A DNA stretch of 64,000 nucleotides from Lophium mytilinum (Eukaryota), in assembly GCA_010093605.1 (NCBI GenBank), contig MU004186.1, forward strand, positions 972,616-1,036,615, given 5' to 3'. Made by a program: the position numbers and the translations under genes. Shown piece after piece: positions 11,872 to 24,142 of this stretch. The notes under the pieces are model-generated. The model made no database searches, was not told the DNA's origin, and saw nothing but the letters and a program-made list of their open reading frames with translations. The first letter of the stretch is position 1; the number at the start of each line of letters is the position of its first letter.

Positions 11872-13632
11872 ATGCGTCTCTCATTGCAAAGTCTTAGCAT
11901 TGTCTCATTATGTACCACGCGGGCCTACTCCACCCTCCTAGGACCCAGATATCCAGTTCCAACCGACTTGACCAGCGATGACAGCGTGGTCACCGCTGGG
12001 TGGAAGAATGTCACGTCGCTCTTCGACACATACCTCCACGGCGACCGATCGTCAATTCCAAACCCTCCCACCGGATTGGAAAACCTCACTTTCTCTATTG
12101 GCATGTTCTCTATCCATGATCCTGCTGCCCAATCTTTACAATACCACTACACGTCCAAAGAAGTCGAAACCGGTCCCGGCGTCCACAAAGTAGACGGCGA
12201 CAGTATCTACAAGGTTGCGAGCATCTCCAAACTCATCACAGTCTTCACGGCCATGCTGTCCTTTGACGTTGATCAGTGGGCACGCCCAATCACTGATTTT
12301 GTCCCCAGTCTCTCCAAGTCGGCTCTGGACAAAGTTGGACATGACCGCATTAGCCATACGCAGTGGGAGGACGTCTCTCTGCGTGCGCTTGCGGCTCAAA
12401 TTGCAGGAGTATCTGCTGCAGACCTGCCAGCGGGCGAGGATGCTGCCTTGGTCGTCGATACGACGACAGGCGTACCGCCTCTTAACCTAAGCGACCTAGA
12501 AGCCCTGTACCCTTGCTCGAAATATGCGAATCCTCTCGCAGATTGCCCTCCAGAGTTATGGTTTGAGGGTGAACTGGAACGCGCTCCAGCATTCGAGGCC
12601 TGGACGACTCCCGCGTATGCCAACAATGGATTCATGCTCCTTGGTATCGCCCTCGCGAACATTACCGGAAAGCCTCTCACTCAGGTGTATCGCGATCTAG
12701 TGTTTGATCCACTTGGAATGGCCCATTCGAGTGCTACTCCCCCGCCTGTATCAGAATTCTCCCAGTATGTTTCTCCTGGAAACACGACCGATATGACCCA
12801 GGGGGGCGGCTTTACCGTCTCCAGCGGTGGTCTCTTCCTCTCTTTGAACGACCTCGCAACATTCGGCACCGCCCTGTTGAACTCTACCCTCCTCCCTGCG
12901 AACAAAACCCGGGAGTGGATGAAGCCTATCTCTCACACGGCCGACCTGTCTTTCTCCGTCGGCGCGCCCTGGGAGATATACCGCTACACACACGCAAACT
13001 CGGGCGCCGTCACTGACATGTACACAAAAGCTGGCGACTCAGGCAACTTCACCGGTTACGCTGTGATGCTACCAGACTACGACGCAGGCTTCAACGTCAT
13101 CAGTGCGGGGAATCAGCAAGTAACCTCACTTCAGAAGAGTGTCCTGGCGCGGAAGATCGCCGATTTCATCACGGCTACGATGGTGCCCGCGCTCGAAGCG
13201 CAAGCTATTGCGGAAGTGAAGCGTAACTTCGCCGGGACATACGCCTCGAAGAACCCAGCTCTGAACTCCTCTTTGACACTCACGTTCAACGAATCATCTG
13301 AGGACCCCGGTTTGTACATGTCGTCATGGATTAGCAACGGGACCGATATGATTCCGGAGAATTGGTTTGGGGCATGGCCCGCCGTGACGCTGCAGCCGTC
13401 GACGAGGCAGCCGGGCCAGCAGGCGTTCAGGGCGATTGGCGTGGAGCCGAAGTTACCTCCTGGAGCTGGACCGTTTGCGACCATGTTCAATACGAATAGC
13501 TGGATTTCTGTCTATGTTAATGTGTATGGAGGAGAGGACATGGGGCTGTTTGTGTTTGATGTGGGGGCAGATGGGAGAGCCACGTCCGTGGAGCTTAGGG
13601 CTATCAAGGTGAAGTTGGAGCGAATAAATTAG
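11872..13632 (+). CDS. Secreted beta-lactamase/transpeptidase-fold serine hydrolase
   Basis: Signal-peptide-like N-terminus; SxxK (ASISK), YxN (YANN) and KAG motifs; intronless ORF. Confidence 0.92.
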   Translation: MRLSLQSLSIVSLCTTRAYSTLLGPRYPVPTDLTSDDSVVTAGWKNVTSLFDTYLHGDRSSIPNPPTGLENLTFSIGMFSIHDPAAQSLQYHYTSKEVETGPGVHKVDGDSIYKVASISKLITVFTAMLSFDVDQWARPITDFVPSLSKSALDKVGHDRISHTQWEDVSLRALAAQIAGVSAADLPAGEDAALVVDTTTGVPPLNLSDLEALYPCSKYANPLADCPPELWFEGELERAPAFEAWTTPAYANNGFMLLGIALANITGKPLTQVYRDLVFDPLGMAHSSATPPPVSEFSQYVSPGNTTDMTQGGGFTVSSGGLFLSLNDLATFGTALLNSTLLPANKTREWMKPISHTADLSFSVGAPWEIYRYTHANSGAVTDMYTKAGDSGNFTGYAVMLPDYDAGFNVISAGNQQVTSLQKSVLARKIADFITATMVPALEAQAIAEVKRNFAGTYASKNPALNSSLTLTFNESSEDPGLYMSSWISNGTDMIPENWFGAWPAVTLQPSTRQPGQQAFRAIGVEPKLPPGAGPFATMFNTNSWISVYVNVYGGEDMGLFVFDVGADGRATSVELRAIKVKLERIN

Positions 13633-13951
13633 GAAGTGAAGGGGTTGCAATGGCCATGATGGATTGTTTTAATACTGCGCATTGTGGCTGTCCTTGTTGC
13701 TTCGTTCTGGTACCTAGTTGCATAGATAGTAATTCGATGGAAAGTTGAGCTTCAAGCTGTATCACCACGGCCGTTTTATGTGTCGAGTCTTGACTTTTTA
13801 GGCGCACTATCGTCACGCCTCCTCAGAATATTGGCGAATAATGATAATCGTGCCTTCGCATGACAGAGCTGTGATGTTCGCGAAGGAAACTTGATGTTCC
13901 GCAAGCAACGATTCCACCCGGGCAAACGTCACACTACCTAAGTCGTAAAGG

Positions 13952-14001
13952 TGAACGTCGGCTTACGTGCCAAGGGTTGGTGGCGGGTTCTTGCATATAC
14001 G
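13952..14001. repeat. 50-bp perfect direct repeat, copy 1
   Basis: TGAACGTCGGCTTACGTGCCAAGGGTTGGTGGCGGGTTCTTGCATATACG, identical to 19648-19697. Confidence 0.97.
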
Positions 14002-14406
14002 TATACTATCATCCACTATGCTACGTATGGGGGCTATACTGTAAAAGCCGGAGTAGAAGCTATTTCTGAGGGGCACACGGATTACCTGGATTACTGTTCC
14101 TGAAATCGAACAACACCCACCCCCTTCAACAATGCTGCTATGACCACGAATACCAATACGAGCCGCCCCATTTACAGCTTTGAAACTATCTCGAAAAACG
14201 CCCTCAAACCTCTTGGTTACACGCGCGTTGACTACCACCTTTAAAGATCTAGATAGCTCCTTCGCCCTGAAACCTTCTACTCTTCTCTACCCGAACTCCT
14301 TCGAACCACCGGGAGAAACTAAAGTATTTGCATAGAGCAAATTAAGCTCTTGAGCTTGCGAAAGAGAAATGAGGAGAGAAAATATATGGTGTAGAGTCCA
14401 ATGGCA

Positions 14407-16476
14407 TCACTGCCTACTTGTAGTCGACGGTTCGGCGGTTATGATATCGTGAATTTTTCCTACACATGACTCTTAATCCTGCGTCAATAAGACTATTAGA
14501 TCCTTGCTCACTATTCAAGTTCAGTGTGTATGTCGTGATCGCCGATCCATACCTCGCTTCGACGAAGCCTTGCACATCGTAGTACAAGCGCCCGTTTGCG
14601 TGGCGTTTGATTTCGCATTTAATGAGCTCCGAGTGTGGTAAATAATCCAGATCGAAACTTAGATTCACCAAAACCGTAGTGTTAGAATTTCGATGGATTG
14701 GCGCGGTACTGTCACCGTCGTTTGCGAAGATCGTGCACTTTTGGACTTTTACGCCCTCCTGGATATCGGCGTAGACATGAAAGTCAATCTTGCAAGTTTG
14801 ATTTTCTTGAATTGAGTTGCCCTGTGAAACGCGTTATTTCTGTCGATCAGTACGGCTACCAGGATAAATAGTCTTCCCACCTTGTTAATGAACCACGTCA
14901 TCGCGTTAACCACATAACGTTGCCAATCCTTCTCCCACCATCTTGCGACAATCAGTATTGCCCAGGAGTTTGAGATTTTGAGCAGAGTTGCTTACGCTAT
15001 CCTACTATCGTGTCTCGAGTGTTCGAAGAGGGTCATCAACTCTACGCCGTAATGCTTCCGCGCGATCCGGCTTACGACACCAACCGTTCCTAATCCCCCA
15101 CTCGCCCTGCTGATTCCCATCATCGCTGCTCCTCGCACGACTGCTGTCCAGCCATCGGCAGGCTGCAGCACATAAATGGAGGAGGACACTGCGGCTTGAA
15201 CCCGGTTCTTCAAATACTCGCTCTGGCCAAATCCGCCAACCATGAGGATCGCACTCACGCCAGTGGAAATACTAGAAAGTTGTTCTTTGACCAAGTTGAT
15301 TATATCTTGGATAATGGGTTCAAATATTCTCGACTGCATCTCCTCTTGGCTCATCGTGTACCTGTTTCTTCGAACGCCGAGCTCGACGTTCGTATCCATT
15401 TCGACGCGGAGGGTCAAGGGCTCGCCGCTTGGTTTGAATGTCTTCTTGAACTAAATCGTCATTATCAGGAAAATTTTTCAATTTAAATGTGGAGCACGTA
15501 CCAGTTCAAAGTCTTCGTTCGCTTCTGTGAGCCGCTCATCAGTCCAGTAGTCGTTGCCGAAATGGGACTTAAGATGGCTTTGGAAGTTTTTATTGAGCAT
15601 GGATGAGCCGCACATGGCACCTGTCCCTGCCGTAGCCTCCATACTGTCCAGTCGTGGGTGTACCTGGACTACAGTGTACGAAATCAAGTCCACTGTACCG
15701 CCACGAGCATCGCACACTGTGACGCTATTTCCGATTCCTAATTTGGAAAGCTGAGGTTATGAAGGGTATAGCGGGCGGCAGCTTCCTACAGCAAGGTCAG
15801 TACTGAATTTCTTCTTATTGAATAAGAAAGCTGGCCTACTGGTTCTGTGACTACATTCGTCGGGTTGATAGGCCTAAATCCAGCGTTTTCGGCAGCCGTA
15901 AGGGTCTTGTGCTTCGCGGCTTCAGACCATATTGCTGGCACTGTCAAGATGTAGTCAATCGGAGTACTCTTTACAACAGAAGAGGTGAGGCGGCTGTTCA
16001 GCATGTACATCAGGTGGGCATGCATGTGTTTCATGTAACGTTCCGTAAGGTTCTCCGTAGAAAAGCCGTCGGTGGTTACCCCAATCTCAAGGTTCCTAAA
16101 ATCCTGGTCAACTGCATCCATGTAGGGCAGCCTGACTGAGCGTACAGCTTGAAGTATTTGATCTTCTTCGCCGTGTTCGGAATCTGGAACCCCCACTGCC
16201 ATCTCGTATAAGTATCACGCAACTCTGTTGGTACCTTCGGGCTAGTCGTCCATTCCTGCAAGCTATTTGGCCAATGATGGATGACGTTTTGGTAGTCTGG
16301 CTACGATTTCTGTAAGCTTTTGCTCAGGTAGAGGTTGCTAGTATCCGTACGTGTGTTGTTTCAGCCCACGCAAGACCGGAATATGTGGTCCCGAAATCGA
16401 TGGCAACAATTAGCTTTCGCGGATGCGAATTTCCTCCGAGGCTTAGATTCTGGAAGGTATTCTCCATCCCCGCCAT
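14407..16476 (-). CDS. Atypical Hsp70/actin-like ATPase (HSPA12-like); one frameshift, so pseudogene or sequence error
   Basis: IVAIDFGTTYSG, LTVPAIWS, TEP|EAAA, CDARGGTVD (usually DAGGGTVD), LMVGGFGQSEYL, AVVRGA, ARKHYG. About 8 exons. A 1-nt deletion at ~15740 gives an in-frame TAG. Confidence 0.9.
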
Positions 16477-17515
16477 TATCTACAAATGGTTCCTAGGATA
16501 TGTAAAGCGAAGATTGGAGAGCTTGGTGTTCGTCCGAAGAGGATCTTCTGCCTATGCGAAGCATTCAACCCAGGCTTTAAGTCCACAACCGTGGCTCAGG
16601 GTTTCAGTCTACGGCCCCTTTGCGCATTCTGGGATTAGAGTGCGGGGAACTGAAGGGCAAGTGACGGTATTGGAAATGCTGAGAGATATTTCGTTGGCCG
16701 TAACAGCCTTTGCAGGGTTAAGAATCCTTTCTTATGCACTGTGGACGAGACACACTTCCACAAGAAGCGCAATGACGTTGTATGATGGATTTGTTAGCCC
16801 AAGGTATCAGTCTCTCGTGTACTCGTTCAAAATCGCTGCTGGTGTTCGGGCGGACTACACACGCATTGCGTCTCCACCCCTGCTCGTTCGTGGCTGTTTG
16901 CGATAGGTTCGTGATGCAGGATGTTAGCAGCACGTTGGGCCGTTTCTAGGCAGACATTCAGCGAATCAAAACGTTCTCTTGGTTGCAGGACGAGGCAGCA
17001 TCGCATATGCAGCTTCTGAATTAGGCCATTTCCGGAGACCAGCCGTGCGCCCTGCGAACGGTGAACTACCCCAGATTTGAAGCCAGGATGGAAATGGTGG
17101 CCTTGAAGCGGAAGAAGCCCTTTTCTGGACCATATCTTGACGAGGCTGAGACTATCGGCAAAGTCGGCTTCCGCTTCTAGTGCACATGCGCCTCCAAATC
17201 AGTCGTGAGCGTATGAAATATACATGGCACCCGCGACACCAGGACGTTCGGGCAACAAGATATACCGAAATCATTGCAAGGGGCGACGTAGCCCGGTAGA
17301 AGTGAGTCACGAGTCCATATTCTGCGTCCGACCTGGACGCAAAAGAGTCCGCGCAGCTAGTGCTTTTAGTCTCATCAATATTATCTGCCCATGGAGCCTT
17401 CCTCGATGTATTGCTTTTAAACTAGAATGTTCATAATCTACAAGTGACGCAGGTCTGGAGAGCCCTAGCTGATCTCCTTAGAATTCCTCTTACAACCTCG
17501 GCGAGAAAGCAAACA

Positions 17516-18777
17516 ATGGACGACAGAGCGGACACACTGGACGAAAAGCTGAACAAGCTGGAGCACACTTGCAAAGCTCTGCAAGATAGCCTCATGATTC
17601 GTGACAGGACGATCACTACACGCAACGCAGATATCAAGAAGCTCGAAGCAGAACTCCGCGCAGCGAACAGAAGAACTGCTGAATTACAGCGCCAATTGAA
17701 AGACCGGCAGGCTCACGAAAAGGAAACTGAACGAGACCTTAACGAGGCACGTGATCATATCTTCCGACTTCAACCACGACGTCGATCAATAACGGAGACC
17801 GAAGCGCAAGAAGCGTTTCAGAATCTTGTTTCCTCAGTCCAACGATGGGTTGAGAACCGTTTAAACACCATCCTAGATGACCTGGACAGTGACGTCTTGG
17901 ATGCGCGACGATGCGACCCTAAGCTAGCAGAGCGATTCTTGAGCCTGACCCGCCCGAGAGCAGAGAAGTACTTTACTTGCGCCGATGCGGACGAGTTCCA
18001 TGTTACTGCTGCTATCATGCAGTATCTTTGTCAGCATTTCTTCGACAAAGATTTCTATGCTCCGTTAGATGATGGACTAGTTGATGGCAAAGGTACTTTG
18101 AAGCTCATCGAAGAGATTGGAATAAGCATGCGCCAACTTCCCAGAGGTAAATGACCACCAAATTATGAGGGTATCCCAAGCTAACGTTCAGCCCAGAAAT
18201 CTCTCAATGCAGATCTTGGAGAAGCGAGACACTAGCAGCTCTCGTCCGTCAACCGGAGTTCGACAAACGGCGCTCAGCATATCTAGAAAACCACACCAAT
18301 ACCCTAACCCAGCTGCTGACTGTGGTGGTTACGGGCACAAGTGCAAGAGGGCTGCCTGAGTCCGTCTGGAACAGCATGATTAAGCCAGCCATGGAATTGG
18401 CACACGAGCTGCAGCTGTCAACCGATATGTTCTCCGTCAAATGGACACCGATTAATTCGGCCAATGGACAGACTGACTACGAGAAACAAGACGACCTTGG
18501 GAAGTACATATGTGTGAACGTGCTACAATTCGGTAAAGTCCTCAAGTTGCCGCGAGGCCAGTCCTCACCTGATGAGACGCGGATCATGTACTTATTCGAT
18601 ATTTGCCCGGGCCTGTTTTGTCAGAGCGTCAAGGATGATTCTCACCCCCCAGAGAGAATCCTTTGCAAGCCAAGGGTGCTGGTGGCTGCTTCGGAAGGTA
18701 AGCAGAAGCTTGCACCGAAAGGTCCTACGGTCATGGAGTGGATACTCGATGCAACCAAGGACGGCATGGCCGTGTAA
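17516..18777 (+). CDS. Coiled-coil protein divergently paired with the Hsp70-like gene; C-terminus GrpE-like by eye
   Basis: N-terminal heptad coiled coil; intron ~18147-18196; WRSETL motif; C-terminal ICPGLF..ERILCKPRVLV. Start codon uncertain. Confidence 0.8.
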
Positions 18778-19647
18778 CCTTATGATAGATTGTATGTCTT
18801 TTGAGAAGCTATATCAAAGGATGAAGTTTTATCGGAAGCGATATCACCCATGCTGCATGCAACTACAAGTCAAATCGGTTCATCATTCTGGCGAGTAAAG
18901 ATTGGTCCGACTAAACTTTAGGAAAGCGATGAAGGGTAGAAAGAGGAAACAAATCTCAGCCTTGTTGCCTACGAGGCTGAATGTTCACACCTTTGACTCG
19001 TCAGCCGCACCATCTCGCAGGGATCATGCAACCCGCGCATGACCCATCTGCCAAACTGTATCACAGCTCAAGTTATCACATCTATAGCTCGATTCATGGG
19101 CCAATGCGTCTTGTGAACGCTGCGAAACAAACAGCTTCATGGCCCTGCAAAAGCTACCATTGGAATATCGTCCGGAAGACCTTTCTCTCAACCGCCTTCT
19201 TTTGGCCGAAATGGTTCGCAGCGTCTGTAACCAGGCGCTTTAGGGATCGGACGGTACCCTCGGGCAGGCTGAATATATTCTCCCGCAGTTCATCGGTCTC
19301 CTTTTCGTTCCGCGTTTGACTGCCCTGTTCAGCCTTGTCTCTCCGAAAGCATCACCTTGCGCTTCTTTCTTCTTCCTCTCCATCATAGCACATGACTCGG
19401 CACAGTAGTTCCAACTTCGGCGTGGAATTCGAGTCTATCGTGAGACCAGATGCCAATCGCCAGTCCTGTACCGAGAGCGAGGGGTACAGAAATTGGTCGA
19501 CAAACTCACAAACCGGCACATACCCACTGTGGCCGACAACCTAACGTCTTCTTATCGTAAGCATCCAGAGTATCAAGGCAGGAGGTGGTTCATCGCCGGG
19601 GACGGCTCATAGTAGATCAAGCGCGAAGGTCTTCGTAAAGTGAAGGA

Positions 19648-19697
19648 TGAACGTCGGCTTACGTGCCAAGGGTTGGTGGCGGGTTCTTGCATATACG
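19648..19697. repeat. 50-bp perfect direct repeat, copy 2
   Basis: Identical to 13952-14001; both copies are also preceded by TCGTAAAG. Confidence 0.97.
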
Positions 19698-20052
19698 CGT
19701 ATTTACGGCGCGCAGCGTATAACCTCTTAGGGTTAGCGTCACCCCATTCTTTGTCTACTACGGTTTAGGGTACAAGGCTGAGCACTGCGCAAAGCTTAAA
19801 TCTTCGTGAAAGATCTATACGCGTAGAAAAGCTGTCCAATGATGGCTGCCGAGAGGAGCATAGCCTCGCAGATGTCCGATGACGCAGCTTTAGCCGCAAG
19901 GCCGTCTCCTCTCTTTTGAAGTTATATAACAGTCCCACATCGCCAGGCTTTCGAGCAATCGCAATCGGCGCAAGACCCTACACTCATACACTCATACAGC
20001 ACTCAAGCACACTTCAAGCTACCCTCAAAATACCCACAAGCTATCAATCAAC

Positions 20053-20784
20053 ATGTCCTCCGCAACCGCCGTCCCCCTCGCCCAATACCCAAAAACCATG
20101 GACCCTTTCTCAGATCCAACCACCGCACACACCCCAACCGACACCGACACCTCACCCTCCCAACAAATATACTCTCCGACATCTGGCGCCCACAGCACCT
20201 ACCTAATCGACTTCTCCTGGGGCAAGTTCAAATCCCTCATCACGGACAAAAACGACCCGGCCTCCACCCCCCTCTACATCGTGAACTACAAAGCCTTCTC
20301 CCCCAACCTCGTCTTCAAATCCGCCGCCACAGACACCGTCCTCGGCACCGGCACCATCCACGCCATCTCCATCAACGCCAAATGCACCGTGCACGACCGC
20401 CCCATCAAGCTCAAGGCCCTGAAACACTTCGAAACTTCCTACGAGCACCAATCCCTCGCGTTCTCGGACACGGATCAGCCGGTGCCGATGACGTGGACGG
20501 GTAGCCTGGGGCTGAGGACGTGGGACTTCGTGTGTCTGGATGAGGCGCAGATGCCGGTTGCGAAGTGTGTGATTAATAATTGGGGGATTACGCGGGTGGG
20601 GTGGATTGAGTTTCTGGGGGAGAGGGCGGCGGAGAGTGAGAAGGCGCGGGAGGAGATTATGGTGACGGGGATCACGTTGATGTATTGTATGGCGCTGCGG
20701 TTTAGTAACTTTTTTTCGTTGTTTGGGGCTGTGTTTGCAAGGCCAGGGAGGGAGAAGGATGCGACGAAGACGCATGCGGAGTGA
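20053..20784 (+). CDS. Conserved fungal hypothetical protein, probable LURP/tubby-like beta-barrel
   Basis: 243-aa intronless ORF with strong codon bias; beta-strand-rich with MTWTG..FVCLDE..PVA..G.IE and a terminal hydrophobic helix (EEIMVTG). Confidence 0.75.
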   Translation: MSSATAVPLAQYPKTMDPFSDPTTAHTPTDTDTSPSQQIYSPTSGAHSTYLIDFSWGKFKSLITDKNDPASTPLYIVNYKAFSPNLVFKSAATDTVLGTGTIHAISINAKCTVHDRPIKLKALKHFETSYEHQSLAFSDTDQPVPMTWTGSLGLRTWDFVCLDEAQMPVAKCVINNWGITRVGWIEFLGERAAESEKAREEIMVTGITLMYCMALRFSNFFSLFGAVFARPGREKDATKTHAE

Positions 20785-21921
20785 GGGTTTGGACGCGGAG
20801 GGTATCTGGCTTTTGGTACGAGGAGTCGTGGTGTTCTATGGCTTTTATAGGAGGTTCATGACAATTTCCAGGTTATATTTGCCGGTGTTTGAGGTAGGCT
20901 GCGAGGGTTACGCGGGCTTCAGATAGTTCAAGATCGTGATATTGCATCGCTCATGATTTGCGAAAGTGCATTGAAGCATTGCAAGAGTCTTGCACAAGCA
21001 CGTAGACTAGAAGAAAAGATACCCTCTCTTACAAGGCTCGAACTACGACTCTCTCCCAAGTCTCTTAGACTCCACAGTCTTTGACGTAGCCATCTATGAC
21101 TTCTAGCCTTACCCTCGAGGCATTAGATAGTGACGAGTTTGAGCGACATGAGGACGGCAAATATGTTGTGCTTGTGAAGGCCTTCTAAAACTGCTCTTCG
21201 GGAAGCGCAAGCTCACACGTCCAAGATCCAATCCGAAAGTGGAGAATCGACATTGAGGTCGGAGCTTTTCGTTTTTGGAGAGTTTGATTCAGATTCGCGA
21301 AGAGAAAAGGCCTATCTTCTCAGAGTTTGATATCGGATGTAAAGGGTGGTAATACTGACATTGAGATCCGGGCTCCCACAACCGTCTAGATTTCTCCTGA
21401 TATTTTTTGAAGGAGGAGCGATCCGTTCCACGGTGGACATAGCGGAGATGATTGGTTACGGTTCTACTCGGATGATACGTGACTTAATGCTATGAAGGAT
21501 ACCTAGTGATACATTATCGCTGAGTTCTTGCTCGACTTAGACTGCTCGGACTTGAAGATTTGCGTTGTTGATATGTCACGTCTTTGTGTCTCTGATCAAA
21601 GACCTTGGTTGAGAGTCCTGTTTCACGCTATCATGACACTACACCAGACTTCAAATTGGCGAAATGAAAATTTGAGAAAGACGGATTTGGTTGATTCAAA
21701 TAGGAAAGTCGAAGGCTTCTCTGCTCTCCGCGACTATGGCGATAAGAACTTCAACCCACGCCGATGATGTAGCCTCCATTCAAGTCCATGTGACCCAGCT
21801 GATTCTCATCGCAAGAACGCCCATGGGTATACTGATAGGCCTGACCCTCTAGCCTCTTCGATCCATCTTCAGAAACAGCCCCCTGGCTACAACACCGTCG
21901 AGCGAATGAGATAAGCCGGAT

Positions 21922-22392
21922 TCAACCAGCAAGCTTCTCGAGATCGTCATCGCCAACAAGAACGCGGCACTTGGGGCACTGAGGGTGACCGAACTTCTTC
22001 GTATCCTGGTAGAACTCGCTCAAGCAGAATTTGCCAAAGACATGGCCGCAGTTGAGCAGCATGAAGGGACGATGATTGACGCCTCGTTCCTGCGCAAGGC
22101 CCTTGGGATGGTCGTAATCCTTTCGGCAGATGTAGCATTTGCTCTGTGAATCTTCGGAGGATACGTCGACAGTGCTGGCTTCGCCCCCGAAGTAGTTGTC
22201 GTCAAAATCACCCTCATCGAAATCGAACATGTCGTCATCATCAGACTGCTCCATGTCCTCGTCAGAGTCGATGAGCACGGGCTGCGATCGGTTGCCGGAT
22301 GGTTCGCCGTTCTTGGAGTTGGTCGAGGCAGAGGTCTGGCCTTGGCGGGCGGCTCCGGCGGGGGTCTGAGCGCGACGGACGGGGTTCGACAT
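21922..22392 (-). CDS. Small RING-finger protein (putative E3 ligase, possible SUMO-interacting motifs)
   Basis: CYIC..CGHVFGKFC..CPKC RING pattern at the C-terminus; PVLIDSDED and TVDVSSED hydrophobic+acidic motifs. Confidence 0.85.
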   Translation of the reverse strand: MSNPVRRAQTPAGAARQGQTSASTNSKNGEPSGNRSQPVLIDSDEDMEQSDDDDMFDFDEGDFDDNYFGGEASTVDVSSEDSQSKCYICRKDYDHPKGLAQERGVNHRPFMLLNCGHVFGKFCLSEFYQDTKKFGHPQCPKCRVLVGDDDLEKLAG

Positions 22393-24142
22393 GGCGGTCA
22401 AGGCGGGGGCGCTGGTGTTTGTTGGTTGATGTGATTCTGGTAGTGGTTATGAAGGGTGTGGTTGGAATAGTTCCAGTGGTGTCGTGGGAAAGAAGCTAGA
22501 TTTCATGAGCCTGCGATTCTCGACCTGTGAATCTAGAGGAAGCTGGGCTTTCACGATTTCCCGCTCTGTTGCGACCGCAGCTCGGTGGTCCACTCAAATC
22601 CTCGGTGAAAGCTGGATCGTTTTGGAAGTTCATCCACAATCACGTGCCTCGATAGTGACTAGCACCCAACAGAAGACAAGTGGTCGATGTGCGTGCTGTA
22701 ATTGACGTGGATGGTGATGCAGAGAAGAGGGAGAAAGTGAGGAAGGTGAGGTTGTTAGGGCACGGCTGACGGTACGTAGCCTTCACCATTCCACTCAGGT
22801 GGCGCGTGAGTGAAAAGCAAAAGCGGTGGGAGCGGTCCGCATTGAAGATGAGCCTCTTCCCAAGATCTTTAGCCATCGCAGCCGTGAGATTTGGAGTGAA
22901 TGACACGACTGAGACTGTTCCAGTGAGCTTTGTTGAACTTCATGGGGTAGAAACAACGAAAAGGGTTGGGAGCTGGACAACGAAAAATAGTCATCGGCGC
23001 GATGCAAATATGGCATGTTGAACGTATCTTCAAGGAGTAACCCGCATGATGAAATGGATACTCAGCATCGGTTTTCATTGGCGAGCTGATGTGGGTTATC
23101 TATCATCACGTGATGGTCCAAGGGATCGCTGAGGAGCCGAGACGTCGCGGTAGGGTTAATAGACAAGCCGGGAACAATCGGCAAGCTGCAACAAATTGGT
23201 GGCGCTGACAATTCGCATCTGACAGCTGAAGCTAGGCATGGGCACAGCGGTGGCTAACAGGACCTTGCTATGAGGTGATCGTCCGGTGCTATTATGAGAG
23301 TTTGTGGTGTTGAGGGGTGCGTCTTCAGGTCCTTTCTCCTGATCCCACGCACTGGCACGCTGTAGGAACCCGCTGGTGCATTCATCGTACAAAAGGTTGT
23401 TTCTTCGGTTGATGCTGGATCGTTGGCCCCATTCGCGGTGTTTCTGTTGCTGCAGTGCACAGGGAGGTGTGAGGCATGGGAGGCTGGTGGTGGTGATGCC
23501 GATCCTCTTAGCCCCTGAGGAAATCGTTCCAAGCTTCGGCAACTCCCAACGCTGGGCTCCATCGAGTTAGACGACAGCAATCGTTATCAAGCGCCCGGGC
23601 CGTTGCGACGGCTCTCCGTGGTTCAGCGCTGGAGACAACTCCACCAACCCATACGGCCTTACGACGCTTCCTTGCAAAACAATATTCAACGCTTCTCGGC
23701 CAGCAAACAGCAGCACGCCGGCGACATGTCCGGACGCGGGGTCCCTTGCACGACCAGGAAACGGCCGCCCTGAAGTCCCACATACCCCTCGCGCGTTGGG
23801 ACCTGCTTGACGTCTTCTACCCACGGCACAGCACTCGACCCATGCCGATCACCTATGAGACGAGCCACTATCAGATGTAAATTCAGATCGGCCGCCAGAA
23901 GTGCCTCATCAGACCGCTGCCGGGGTGGTGGACTACTGCTCTGGGAGCTTGACGTCCCCATCCATCCATGCTGCCGTTTTCTGGGACGGCCCATGTCCAG
24001 AAGGCTCTCGAGCTGCGCGAGCTGCGTGTAAATAGATACCGGTCTTGTCTGTCGATTGTGGTTCTCCGCTTGTCCTGCGTTTTTCTTCTCTGTACCAGAT
24101 TTGCTGTCCGATTTGCCGTCTGATTTGCACTGTACCGCCGCC

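Noticed and set aside
6282..13632. P450 + SDR + hydrolase as a secondary-metabolite cluster
   Set aside because: No PKS, NRPS or terpene synthase, cluster regulator or efflux pump in the window.
18950..19640. Protein-like minus-strand relic inside the repeat-flanked cassette; similar relics at 3550-4060, 21100-21770 and 36332-36650
   Set aside because: Interrupted frames with no recognisable domain; cannot be called a transposase or any family without a search.
19727..19771. TTAGGG telomere-like hexamers next to direct repeat copy 2
   Set aside because: Only two isolated hexamers, compatible with chance.
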